From contig JBBRXO010000069.1 in the NCBI GenBank assembly GCA_038248345.1, forward strand, positions 1 to 15,023: a stretch of DNA of 15,023 nt, in the 5' to 3' direction. Of the stretch, positions 6,864-14,728 are shown piece by piece; position 1 is the stretch's first letter; every line of letters starts with the position of its first letter. Under the pieces are notes generated by a model. That model made no database searches and was not told where the DNA came from. It saw nothing but the letters and a program-made list of their open reading frames with translations. Position numbers and translations under genes: made by a program. Source of the DNA: Armatimonadota bacterium. GTDB taxonomy: Bacteria; Armatimonadota; Hebobacteria; CAIYQO01.

Positions 6864-7715
6864 ATGGAAACTAAAAAATCGCTCATTTCTTTTGAGAATT
6901 ATCAGATCCGCCGACTCTATGACGAGCAGAACGAAACATGGTTTTTTTCTGTCGTGGATGTTGTTGGCGCATTGACTGACAGCGTCAATCCACGGGATTA
7001 TTGGTTTAAGATGAAAATTCGCGTGAAAACTGAGGACGGATTTGAGTTGTCGACAATTTGTCGACAACTGAAATTGACTTCTTCTGATGGGAAAAAATAC
7101 GCCACCGATTGCTCGGATGTTCAAGGTTTACTGAGGATCATTCAATCAATTCCCTCGCCCAAGGCCGAACCCTTCAAGCAATGGCTGGCCAAGGTGGGCT
7201 ACGAACGAATACAGGACATGAGCGACCCGGCTCGGTCACTCGACCGTGCCCGGGAATATTGGAAACAGCACGGGCGGAGCGAAAAGTGGATTCAGCAACG
7301 AATGATGGGCCAAGAGACTCGCAACAAGCTTACCGATTACTGGAAGGATCACGAAATCAAGGAGGGAAAAGAGTATGCCATCCTCACCAACATCATCCAT
7401 CAGGAATGGAGCGGCGTGACGGTGAAGAAACATAAGGAGATCAAGGGGCTCAAAACACAGAATCTGCGTGACCACATGGACGAGGCGGAACTGATCTTCA
7501 CCGCCCTGGCTGAGCTATCCACCCGGCAGATTGCCGAGAGCGTGGCCGCAACAGGGATGCCGGAAAATGCCGAGGCTGGGAAGAAGGGCGGCAATATCGC
7601 CAAACGGGCGCGGCTGGAACTGGAACAAAAAACCGGCAGGAGTGTGGTGACCAGCGAGAACTTCCTGCCGCCGGCCAGAACGGCGAAAAAACTTACGGAG
7701 ACCGAGGATGAGTAA
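6864..7715 (+). CDS. BRO-N domain (phage antirepressor-like) DNA-binding protein
   Basis: 283 aa from the ATG at 6864 (AGGAGG at 6851-6856). Typical segments WFFSVVDVV, LSTICRQLKL, LLRIIQSIPSPKAEPFKQWLA and NLRDHM. Confidence 0.88.
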   Translation: METKKSLISFENYQIRRLYDEQNETWFFSVVDVVGALTDSVNPRDYWFKMKIRVKTEDGFELSTICRQLKLTSSDGKKYATDCSDVQGLLRIIQSIPSPKAEPFKQWLAKVGYERIQDMSDPARSLDRAREYWKQHGRSEKWIQQRMMGQETRNKLTDYWKDHEIKEGKEYAILTNIIHQEWSGVTVKKHKEIKGLKTQNLRDHMDEAELIFTALAELSTRQIAESVAATGMPENAEAGKKGGNIAKRARLELEQKTGRSVVTSENFLPPARTAKKLTETEDE

Positions 7716-8022
7716 CGACTTCTTCCCACCGCGCCCGCCATCGCGCCCCACGATCTACGCCTACAAAGATACGAACCCGCAGTATGCGGGTTTGCTCAAA
7801 GTGGGCTACACGACCGTAGATGCGTAATGCCGCGTCGCCTAGCAGTATCCGACGTTGCGACCTGGCAAGCTACCATACCAGATTGTATTGGAAGAGACCG
7901 CTATGCGGAACGACTGCATGGTGTTCACCGATCACGACGTACACCGTATTCTCCGGGTCCACGGTATTCATAAACAAAAAGGCGAGTGGTTCCGTTGCAC
8001 GGTCGCCGATGTCAAAGCGGCT
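7708..8022 (+). pseudogene. N-terminal GIY-YIG (T5orf172-like) domain of a restriction endonuclease, with nonsense codons and truncation
   Basis: MSNDFFPPRPPSRPTIYAYKDTNPQYAGLLKVGYTTVDA*CRVA*QYPTLRPGKLPYQIVLEE...FTDHDVHRIL...GEWFRCTVADVKAA. IYAY/KVGYT/GEWF motifs; in-frame stops at 7825-7827 and 7840-7842. Start overlaps the BRO stop. Confidence 0.85.
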
Positions 8023-8117
8023 AGCGCCATGCGCACGAAAGCCACCACCAGCTCCGACTCGTGCAGCAGATCCTGGTACTGGCTATCATCCACATTATTC
8101 GGCTTCTGCGTCGCCAT
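8022..8117 (-). pseudogene. Orphan 5' fragment of an unknown gene
   Basis: AAAGGTGA RBS-like sequence, then MATQKPNNVDDSQYQDLLHESELVVAFVRMAL with host-like codons; abuts the nuclease remnant from the opposite strand. Confidence 0.4.
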
Positions 8118-8201
8118 CAATCACCTTTACCACGCCTGTTATGGTGTATTTCGGCAACAGGCAGGGGAACTCCTGTTTTATAGGTGATACAATGATTTTT
8201 T

Positions 8202-8298
8202 GTAGGGGCACATGGCATGTGCCCGCTGAACGGGGTAGCGAAGGCATGACCAATTGAGTTGTATGTTTACGACGTGGGCACAAGCCTTGTGCCCCTAC
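8202..8298. repeat. GTAG-family REP pair in inverted orientation (REPIN-like)
   Basis: GTAGGGGCACATGGCATGTGCCC (8202-8224) and GGGCACAAGCCTTGTGCCCCTAC (8276-8298). Confidence 0.85.
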
Positions 8299-8330
8299 CC
8301 ACGTCGTAATCGCGCCACGGCGGGCGCGGG

Positions 8331-8489
8331 CTACGGTTTACTAACCACCCAAACCAGCATGATATTCAGCACTGACACTATCAGGGCGATGGCGTAGAGG
8401 CCGGCGCGCTACAGGGGGGTGTTGACGTGGCGGCCCATTACCTCTTTGGATGAGGTGAGGGCGAGCTGGGCGAAGATGGTCCAGGGAAG
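8331..8489 (-). pseudogene. C-terminal fragment of an Nramp/MntH-family metal transporter
   Basis: LPWTIFAQLALTSSKEVMGRHVNTPL*RAGLYAIALIVSVLNIMLVWVVSKP* shows the LP..LTSS..MG..N..LN pattern of the last Nramp helices; internal TAG at 8411-8409. Confidence 0.75.
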
Positions 8490-8582
8490 AAAAAAGCATC
8501 GCCGATATCCGCGACCCGCTGCTGAAGGTGCTGCGGGAGGAGAGGTGAATAGCGCTGGTGTTGCGGGGGTGATGTAATCAGA

Positions 8583-8609
8583 AATTATCCACCCTTTGGG
8601 TGGATAATT
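8583..8609. repeat. Perfect 12-bp hairpin (terminator-like or REP-like)
   Basis: AATTATCCACCC-TTT-GGGTGGATAATT. Confidence 0.6.
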
Positions 8610-8724
8610 GTGGGTAATTTACAGGGATTCCCCAGCAGACTATTTTCAAAATAAATACAGATTCCCTCGTGATAACAAACGGCTGTACGCTTGCGGGGGT
8701 GGGGATGCGGTGTATAATGAAGTT

Positions 8725-8822
8725 ACGAAGTATCCTCAAGTACCTTGAAACCGGGGAATACGCAACTTCTGCGTTTAAGGCATCATCTGTCTTTGCTACC
8801 CGGTTTCAAGGTTTTCTTTTAT
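8725..8822 (+). ncRNA. Candidate small RNA (about 95 nt)
   Basis: TTGCGG (8691-8696)-16 bp-TATAAT (8713-8718), then a 14-bp perfect stem (8742-8755 / 8799-8812) followed by a T-rich tract; no credible plus-strand gene downstream. Confidence 0.35.
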
Positions 8823-8840
8823 TCTACGGGGAGAAGCACG

Positions 8841-9395
8841 TTAGAATTGTACCTTCGGCGCTTCACGGGTGGCTTCTTCGGTCTCGAAGTATTTCTTCTC
8901 GGTGAACTTCTGCCCGGCCACCAGGCTGGCGGGGAAGCTGAGGATGGTGGCGTTGTAGACGTTCACCACATCGTTATAGTGCTGGCGGCTATAGGCGATC
9001 TTGCTCTCTGTCCCGCTCAACTCTTCCTGTAGCATCAAGAAGTTCTGGTTGGCTTTCAGATCAGGATATGCCTCGGTGACGGCGAAGAGTGACTTCAGCG
9101 TGCTGCTCAGCATATTCTCCGCCTCCTGCCGTTGCTCCGGGGTGCCATTCTGCAGGTCTACCGCCTGCTGGCGCGCCTTCACCACCGCCTCCATGGTTCC
9201 ACGTTCGTGGGCGGCATACCCCTTTACTGTCTCAATGATATTGGGGATAAGATCATAGCGCCGGCGCAGCTGGACGTCAATCTGACTCCAGGAGTTGTTC
9301 ACCTGCTCGCGCAATGACACTAACCGGTTGTACGTGGAGATCCACCAGATAACGATGATCACCAGTAGCACGATTACTACGTATATTCCTATCAT
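8841..9395 (-). CDS. lemA: LemA family protein
   Basis: 184 aa from the ATG at 9395 (AGGGAGGG RBS). N-terminal TM helix, then YNRLV, WSQIDVQLRRRYDLIPN, VKGYAAHE, EAYPDLKANQNF and YSRQHYND. Confidence 0.96.
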   Translation of the reverse strand: MIGIYVVIVLLVIIVIWWISTYNRLVSLREQVNNSWSQIDVQLRRRYDLIPNIIETVKGYAAHERGTMEAVVKARQQAVDLQNGTPEQRQEAENMLSSTLKSLFAVTEAYPDLKANQNFLMLQEELSGTESKIAYSRQHYNDVVNVYNATILSFPASLVAGQKFTEKKYFETEEATREAPKVQF

Positions 9396-9455
9396 TTTTC
9401 CCTCCCTTATAGTTTGACAACAACAATCGGATGTCATTCCGGGTAATTTCATACT

Positions 9456-9485
9456 ACCATAACGAATTGTAACTTCTAGCGTCAA
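9456..9485 (-). promoter_or_regulatory. Possible sigma70 promoter of lemA
   Basis: Minus strand TTGACG-18 bp-TATGGT. Confidence 0.4.
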
Positions 9486-9596
9486 AGTTGTCGAGGGGGT
9501 GAATGATCAATATTTAGTGGTTACTGCTCTCTACTCGTGTAAATTATAATAAAAGTTGTACCCCCATTGACACCAGTACGAGAATGTGGGAGTATA

Positions 9597-9614
9597 TTGT
9601 GAAATAAATCACGG
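9597..9614. promoter_or_regulatory. Putative Rex operator (CRP-like spacing also fits)
   Basis: TTGTGAAATAAATCACGG matches 11 of 14 defined positions of TTGTGAA-N4-TTCACAA. It lies 10 bp before the hfsA ATG and downstream of TTGACA (9567-9572). Confidence 0.55.
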
Positions 9615-9624
9615 ATGGTGGCGT

Positions 9625-9885
9625 ATGCGACAGATACAAGTTTGTGTCGGTTCTAGCTGCTTTTTGAAGGGGTCGTACCGGGTACTGGACACCTTCACTT
9701 CCTTGTCACGTCAATACGGTCTGGAGGGTGAGGTGAGCGTGGTGGGTGCCTTCTGCATGGAACATTGCCAGCAGGGGGTATCGGTGGCGGTAGACGGACA
9801 GGTTTACTCCGTGCCGGATGTGGGCGAGGCGCGGCGGTTGTTTGGCACGCTCTTTTTACCCGAGGAGCAGCCGGAGGCGAAATAG
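9625..9885 (+). CDS. hfsA: Thioredoxin-like [2Fe-2S] ferredoxin (NuoE/HfsA-like)
   Basis: 86 aa; CVGSSCFLKGS and FCMEHCQQG cysteine motifs. The stop overlaps the GTG of the next gene. Confidence 0.85.
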   Translation: MRQIQVCVGSSCFLKGSYRVLDTFTSLSRQYGLEGEVSVVGAFCMEHCQQGVSVAVDGQVYSVPDVGEARRLFGTLFLPEEQPEAK

Positions 9886-11543
9886 TGAGTCTTATCACAA
9901 TAAATCAGGTGAACTGCAAGGACTGCTACAAATGCGTGCGCTATTGCCCGGTGAAAGCTATCCGCGTGGTGAATGGCCACGCCGAGGTGGTGCCGGAGCG
10001 TTGCCTGGGCGACGGCAGCTGTATCCAGGTGTGCCCACAGCAGGCCAAGCATGTGCGCAACGATGATGACATTGTGCGTAATCTGCTGGCTGGTGATGCG
10101 CCGGTGATGGCCAGTGTGGCTCCCTCCGCCGCCGGAGTCTTTGGCACAGAGCTGCCGCAATTGCTGGCGGCGCTGAAGAAAATGGGCTTTGCCCGTGTGG
10201 AAGAGACGGCGCGCACTGCCGCCGCTGTGGCGCGTGCCCATGCCGAGCTGGCCGCACAAGGGAAGCCGGTGATAACGACCAGTTGCCCGGCGGTGGTGTC
10301 ACTGGTGGAGAAATATTACCCGCATCTGCGCCCCATGCTGGCCCCCATACCCTCTCCCATGGTGGCCCATGCACGGCTATTGCGCGAGGAGCATGGCCCG
10401 GAGACGGGCGTGGTCTTCATTGGCCCCTGTGTGGCAAAAAAAGGCGAGGTGGCGCAGGACGAGATCAATGCCGCGCTGACCTTTGACGAACTGAACTCCT
10501 GGCTGGATGAGGAGATGCCGGACTGGCGCAACTTGGCCGGGACAGAGTTTGACAACGCGCCGGTGGGCACAGCGGAGCTCTTCCCGTTGCTCAACGGTTT
10601 GATAAAAACCGCGGGGTTGCCCGACGACAACATGAACGAAGCGCTGTTGACAGTGGCTGGACTACCCGAAGTGCAGCAATTATTTGATGAGCTGCCCGCG
10701 TTGGAAGGTGTCCGCTTGATTGAGGCGCTGGCCTGTGCTGGCGGCTGCCTGCAGGGGCCGGGGGCGATCACCGGGCCGGATCCGTGGGCACGGCGACAAC
10801 AGCTGCTGGCACATGCACGCCCGGGCGAGGAGCTTAGCTGCCCGGCGAATATGAGCTGCGCCTTCACGGATCCACCGCTAAATCTGCCGGTACCCACTGA
10901 GGAAGAGATCACCGCTATCCTGCGCCGCACCGGCAAACACACCCCGGCGGACGAACAGAACTGCGGCGCATGTGGCTATAATAGTTGCCGCGAGAAAGCG
11001 ATCGCCGTCATCCAGGGTATGGCCGAGGCGGAGATGTGTATCCCTTATATGCGCTCGCGCGCGGAGAGTTTCGCTAATGTGGTAATCCGCAATACTCCCA
11101 ATGGTATTATTGTGGTTGATAGCCAATTACGCGTGCTCGATATCAATCCGGCCTTCACCCGCATGTTCAATTGCCCAGCCACAGAGGTAGTCGGGCGTCC
11201 GCTGAAGAGCGTCTTTGACCCGGCGGCCTTCGCCCGGGTCAAGCGCACCGGCAAGCCCTTCAGCCGCAACGAGGTGAAATATGGCGACATGATCGCCAGC
11301 GAGATGGTCTTCCCGGTAGCAGACGAGGCCATCATCATAGGCATCTACATAGATATAAACGAAGAAGTGTTGCGGCAACAGAAGCAGCTGAATGTGAAGT
11401 CCGAAACACTGGGCAAAGCGCGCCAGGTGATCGACAAACAGATGCGCGTAGCCCAGGAGATTGCCGGCTTGCTAGGAGAAACCACCGCCGAAACCAAAGT
11501 CCTGCTCACGCGGCTGATTTCGCTCTATGATGAGGAGAAGTAG
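9885..11543 (+). CDS. hfsB: Sensory (group C) [FeFe]-hydrogenase with PAS domain (HydS/HfsB-like)
   Basis: 552 aa from the GTG at 9885 (GGAGG at 9873-9877). N-terminal 2x[4Fe-4S]; H-cluster motifs TTSCP, GPCVAKKGE and EALACAGGCLQG; FeS domain NCGACGYNSC...MC; PAS domain; conserved tail VIDKQMRVAQEIAGLLGETTAETK. Confidence 0.9.
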   Translation: MSLITINQVNCKDCYKCVRYCPVKAIRVVNGHAEVVPERCLGDGSCIQVCPQQAKHVRNDDDIVRNLLAGDAPVMASVAPSAAGVFGTELPQLLAALKKMGFARVEETARTAAAVARAHAELAAQGKPVITTSCPAVVSLVEKYYPHLRPMLAPIPSPMVAHARLLREEHGPETGVVFIGPCVAKKGEVAQDEINAALTFDELNSWLDEEMPDWRNLAGTEFDNAPVGTAELFPLLNGLIKTAGLPDDNMNEALLTVAGLPEVQQLFDELPALEGVRLIEALACAGGCLQGPGAITGPDPWARRQQLLAHARPGEELSCPANMSCAFTDPPLNLPVPTEEEITAILRRTGKHTPADEQNCGACGYNSCREKAIAVIQGMAEAEMCIPYMRSRAESFANVVIRNTPNGIIVVDSQLRVLDINPAFTRMFNCPATEVVGRPLKSVFDPAAFARVKRTGKPFSRNEVKYGDMIASEMVFPVADEAIIIGIYIDINEEVLRQQKQLNVKSETLGKARQVIDKQMRVAQEIAGLLGETTAETKVLLTRLISLYDEEK

Positions 11544-11732
11544 CCCATAAAAAGAACACTAAGCCTGCGGTACTATCATAAAAATCAAGATGTTGACCGT
11601 GATTGGGGCTTATAATATACGAGCTACTATGGTTCATCCGAGGCTATGTTAGTATCTGTTTGAGAGCAATTGTACCCTAGTAGATCATAAATTTAATTGG
11701 GTGTGGGCGGATACCCACGTTAGAACACTACC

Positions 11733-12962
11733 ATGTATTACGACGTACAATACCGACAGTTAAATAAGACGTGTGAGGAACTTTGCGGGGATTCTGTGGG
11801 GTGGCATCGCGGCGAGCAAGAGACCATGCTGGTGCTGGCGGATGGGCTGGGGAGCGGGGTGAAGGCGAATATCCTGGCCACGCTGACGCAGAAGATAGCC
11901 CTCACCATGTTCAAGGAGCATCTGCCCATCAACGAAGTGGTGGAGACGCTGGCTGGCACGCTGCCCACCTGCAAAGTACGTGATTTGGCCTACAGCACCT
12001 TCACACTTATCCGTGTGGATGAGGATGGAGGCGCGGATATCGTCGAGTTCGACAATCCCCCCACCTTCATCTTCCGTGGCGGCAGCCCGTTAGAGGTTGA
12101 GCGCACCTCTCTCACTATCGGTAAATACCAACTCGCGCAGATGCACGTACAACTGGAGGAGGGAGATTACCTGATCGCTGCCAGTGACGGCCTGGTTCAT
12201 GCAGGCATCGGCGGCATCGAGCCGCTCGGGTGGCGCTGGGAACATATCGCCGAACATCTGCAGGCTTTCCTCTGGCAGGATCCGGAGGCGGAGGAAGTGG
12301 TGGATAACCTGCTGAGCGCCGCCGAAGGGCTGTATCGTGATAAAGTGGGCGATGACACCAGCGTGGCGGTGATGAAATGCCGCACCTTCCGCGAAGTGGT
12401 ACTGGCCATCGGTCCGCCTACGGACGCAACAGATGACAAGAAAATGGCCGAACGTTTCTCCACCTCCCCCGGAGTGAAGATCATCTGTGGAGGCACCACG
12501 GCGAAGATTCTGGCGCGCGAGCTAGGCCGCGAGCTGACGATGAATATCAGCCACACTGATCGTGAACTTCCCCCCACCGGCAACATGGAGGGAGTTGATC
12601 TGGTGACCGAGGGCGTGATAACTATCATGCATGCTATTGATGAGCTGGAGACCGTACGACTGCGCAAACCGCGCGCTAACGTGCATGATTTGAACTACCT
12701 CTACGGCAAGCAGAATTACCGCTCGTTGCTGCGCGACAGCGGCCGCGTCACCGCCCCCGCCGAAGAAGAAAACCCCGCGCAAACGCTGGCGCGCCACTTG
12801 CGGCTGGCCGACCGTGTCACCATCCTGCTGGGACGCGCACTAAATCCCGCCCACCAGAACCCCGCCTTGCCGGTACACCTGGGCCTAAAATTCGCCCTGG
12901 TGCAACACCTCACCGAGAAACTGAAGGCGCGCGGAAAGATGGTGGAGGTGGTGTCCTATTGA
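11733..12962 (+). CDS. hfsC: SpoIIE/PP2C-family Ser/Thr phosphatase (HfsC-like)
   Basis: 409 aa; LCGDS, LADGLGSGVKAN, SDGLVHAG and GDDTSV PP2C motifs; C-terminal GPP..CGGTT..VTEG..NPAHQ domain. Confidence 0.9.
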   Translation: MYYDVQYRQLNKTCEELCGDSVGWHRGEQETMLVLADGLGSGVKANILATLTQKIALTMFKEHLPINEVVETLAGTLPTCKVRDLAYSTFTLIRVDEDGGADIVEFDNPPTFIFRGGSPLEVERTSLTIGKYQLAQMHVQLEEGDYLIAASDGLVHAGIGGIEPLGWRWEHIAEHLQAFLWQDPEAEEVVDNLLSAAEGLYRDKVGDDTSVAVMKCRTFREVVLAIGPPTDATDDKKMAERFSTSPGVKIICGGTTAKILARELGRELTMNISHTDRELPPTGNMEGVDLVTEGVITIMHAIDELETVRLRKPRANVHDLNYLYGKQNYRSLLRDSGRVTAPAEEENPAQTLARHLRLADRVTILLGRALNPAHQNPALPVHLGLKFALVQHLTEKLKARGKMVEVVSY

Positions 12963-14722
12963 TTTGGGATGCCGCCCAGCGCCCGCACGGTGAATATCAC
13001 CGGGTATAGGGCTTCGGAGTACCATAGGCTCTCGAAGTATAGCCCGATAGGTTGCGCAGGGAAGGTGGTGCCGTGGGCGGTAGCGGTGCTGAGCCAATCT
13101 ACACCGTGACTGATGGCGGTGCTGGCTGGTTCCCACCCTGTGAGCGCACAGATGACCATGCCGGTTTCCTCGATCCCACTGGCCATGCGCGGGTGAGCGC
13201 CCCAGCCGCCGTCACTGTTTTGCGCCGTCAGCAGGTAGGCGTGGGCCTTCAACTGCAGCTCGGTCACCTCCGGGAATGCTCGGGGTTCCAGCTGGCTGAT
13301 GCCATACGTCACCAGTGCGGTGCCGAAGACGGGGTTCTGTTGGTCATTGGCATACTGGCTGCCGAACCAAAGCGGTAGCCACACCCCGTCCTGCTGCTGC
13401 GCACTCGCCAGGTAAGCTAGCGCACGGTGGATCGCCCCGCGCATACGCAGTTGCAGCTTTGCCGGCACGTCATCCCACCAGGCCGCCAGCGCGGAGAGCG
13501 CCTTGCCGGTGATATCCGGGCAACTGCGGTCAAAGGGCAACTTGCCCCAGCCGCGGCAGAAGGTGGGGAAGCCGCCGTCAGCGTTCTGCAACTTGAGCAA
13601 CCAGTTGATACCACGCTCCGCCGCCACCCGCGTGGCCGGGTCATTCTCCAGCTTGCGTAGCGCCACCAGCACCGCGCTGGTGTCGTCGCCATCGGGGATA
13701 CTGCCGGGCAGGTGCGTCCAGCCCCAGCCGCCGGGGGGCGTGTCGGTCATCGGGTGCCTTTTCAGATACTGCCGCTTCAATAGCCAGGCGCGGATGGGGG
13801 CGATGGGCACGTTCGGCAGCTTCGCTTCTAGCAATGACGCTGTGGCCAGCGCCGTCATCCAGATGGAGAGGTTCATAGAGATCGGCGCGCCGCCAGCAGG
13901 GCGCATGTTCTGGCGCAGAAATTTCACCCCGTCGCGCACCAGCTCACTGTTCTTCTCGCCCGCGGCGCAGAGGAACATCACCACAAAGGCCGTCAATGGC
14001 GGGGCCGCATGGTAACCGCCGTCGGCAGGTTGCATCTGCCGGATACGCCGCAACGCCGGCCCCGTCACCAGGTCACGTAGCTGGCGCATTAGCATCCCGC
14101 CGGGTACCCGCCGCTGGCGCAACAGCCCCAGCGCCACCAGCGCCGGCAGCGCGTAGCTGACGACGTTCAAGCGCAAGGCGCTCATCAACATATGCGGGAG
14201 CACCGCCAGCTCATAGGGTAATTGTGGGATAGCCTCCCACCCGGTATCCCCCGGGCCCAGTTGCCCGGCCAGCGCGCACATTGCCAGGATGGGAGCGGAG
14301 AAGGTCTGGTCGCTGCCGTAAAGCTCATTCACCCCCCGGATAACCGCCGCCGGTTCCAGACTGTCCAGCCGCGTGGTGAGCCAGACATCCACCAGCCGGC
14401 GCGCAAACGCATACTCCGGCTTCAGCGGGTCACCAACGGTGAGCGCGGCACGGCAGAGCAGTGAAGCGCTCAGGTTACTCGGACTATCCGGCGAATCCCC
14501 CCACCCACCGTCAGCATTGATGGTGGCGGCCAGCCAGTTCAGCCCCAGCGTGATCGTCTCCCGGTGCGCCCGGGCATCCACCTGCGCCAGCGCAAAGACC
14601 GCCGTAGCCGTAGCCAGCGCGCTACTGGAAAGCTCCCCCTGCCAGAATCCGCCCGCGTTGTACTGGCTGAACAAGTAATCTCTAGCGTTATTAAGCGTCT
14701 CGGCCATGGCAGCGTTTTTCAT
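12956..14722 (-). CDS. shc: Squalene-hopene cyclase-like class II terpene cyclase (prenyltransferase/squalene oxidase repeats)
   Basis: WQGELSSSALAT, catalytic DxDD (PDGDDTS), QW-like repeats QNADGGF, QQQDGVW and QNSDGGW, SCPDIT, PIGLYF. Likely start at 14722 (AAAGGT upstream) or 14707; the track's 14776 start lies inside a repeat. Confidence 0.85.
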   Translation of the reverse strand: MKNAAMAETLNNARDYLFSQYNAGGFWQGELSSSALATATAVFALAQVDARAHRETITLGLNWLAATINADGGWGDSPDSPSNLSASLLCRAALTVGDPLKPEYAFARRLVDVWLTTRLDSLEPAAVIRGVNELYGSDQTFSAPILAMCALAGQLGPGDTGWEAIPQLPYELAVLPHMLMSALRLNVVSYALPALVALGLLRQRRVPGGMLMRQLRDLVTGPALRRIRQMQPADGGYHAAPPLTAFVVMFLCAAGEKNSELVRDGVKFLRQNMRPAGGAPISMNLSIWMTALATASLLEAKLPNVPIAPIRAWLLKRQYLKRHPMTDTPPGGWGWTHLPGSIPDGDDTSAVLVALRKLENDPATRVAAERGINWLLKLQNADGGFPTFCRGWGKLPFDRSCPDITGKALSALAAWWDDVPAKLQLRMRGAIHRALAYLASAQQQDGVWLPLWFGSQYANDQQNPVFGTALVTYGISQLEPRAFPEVTELQLKAHAYLLTAQNSDGGWGAHPRMASGIEETGMVICALTGWEPASTAISHGVDWLSTATAHGTTFPAQPIGLYFESLWYSEALYPVIFTVRALGGIPNQ

Positions 14723-14728
14723 ATGGTA

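Noticed and set aside
6864..7715. Prophage inferred from the BRO antirepressor-like gene
   Set aside because: No other phage genes; BRO sits inside a restriction-modification remnant.
7825..7842. Stop-codon recoding explaining in-frame TAA/TAG here and at 8409-8411
   Set aside because: Intact genes in the window end in TAG, TAA and TGA, and both affected genes are also truncated.
8022..8030. TAGCGCCAT shared by junctions at 3501-3509 and 8022-8030 as a recombination core
   Set aside because: 9-mer matches are expected by chance in 15 kb, and the 8022 breakpoint is only approximate.
7855..8187. 110-aa ORF as an intact gene
   Set aside because: It is the post-stop part of the nuclease pseudogene reading into the antisense of an unrelated fragment.
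9765..9884. Longer N-termini in the ORF track for hfsB (also lemA, hfsA, BRO, shc)
   Set aside because: Downstream starts have RBS-like sequences and match where family similarity begins.
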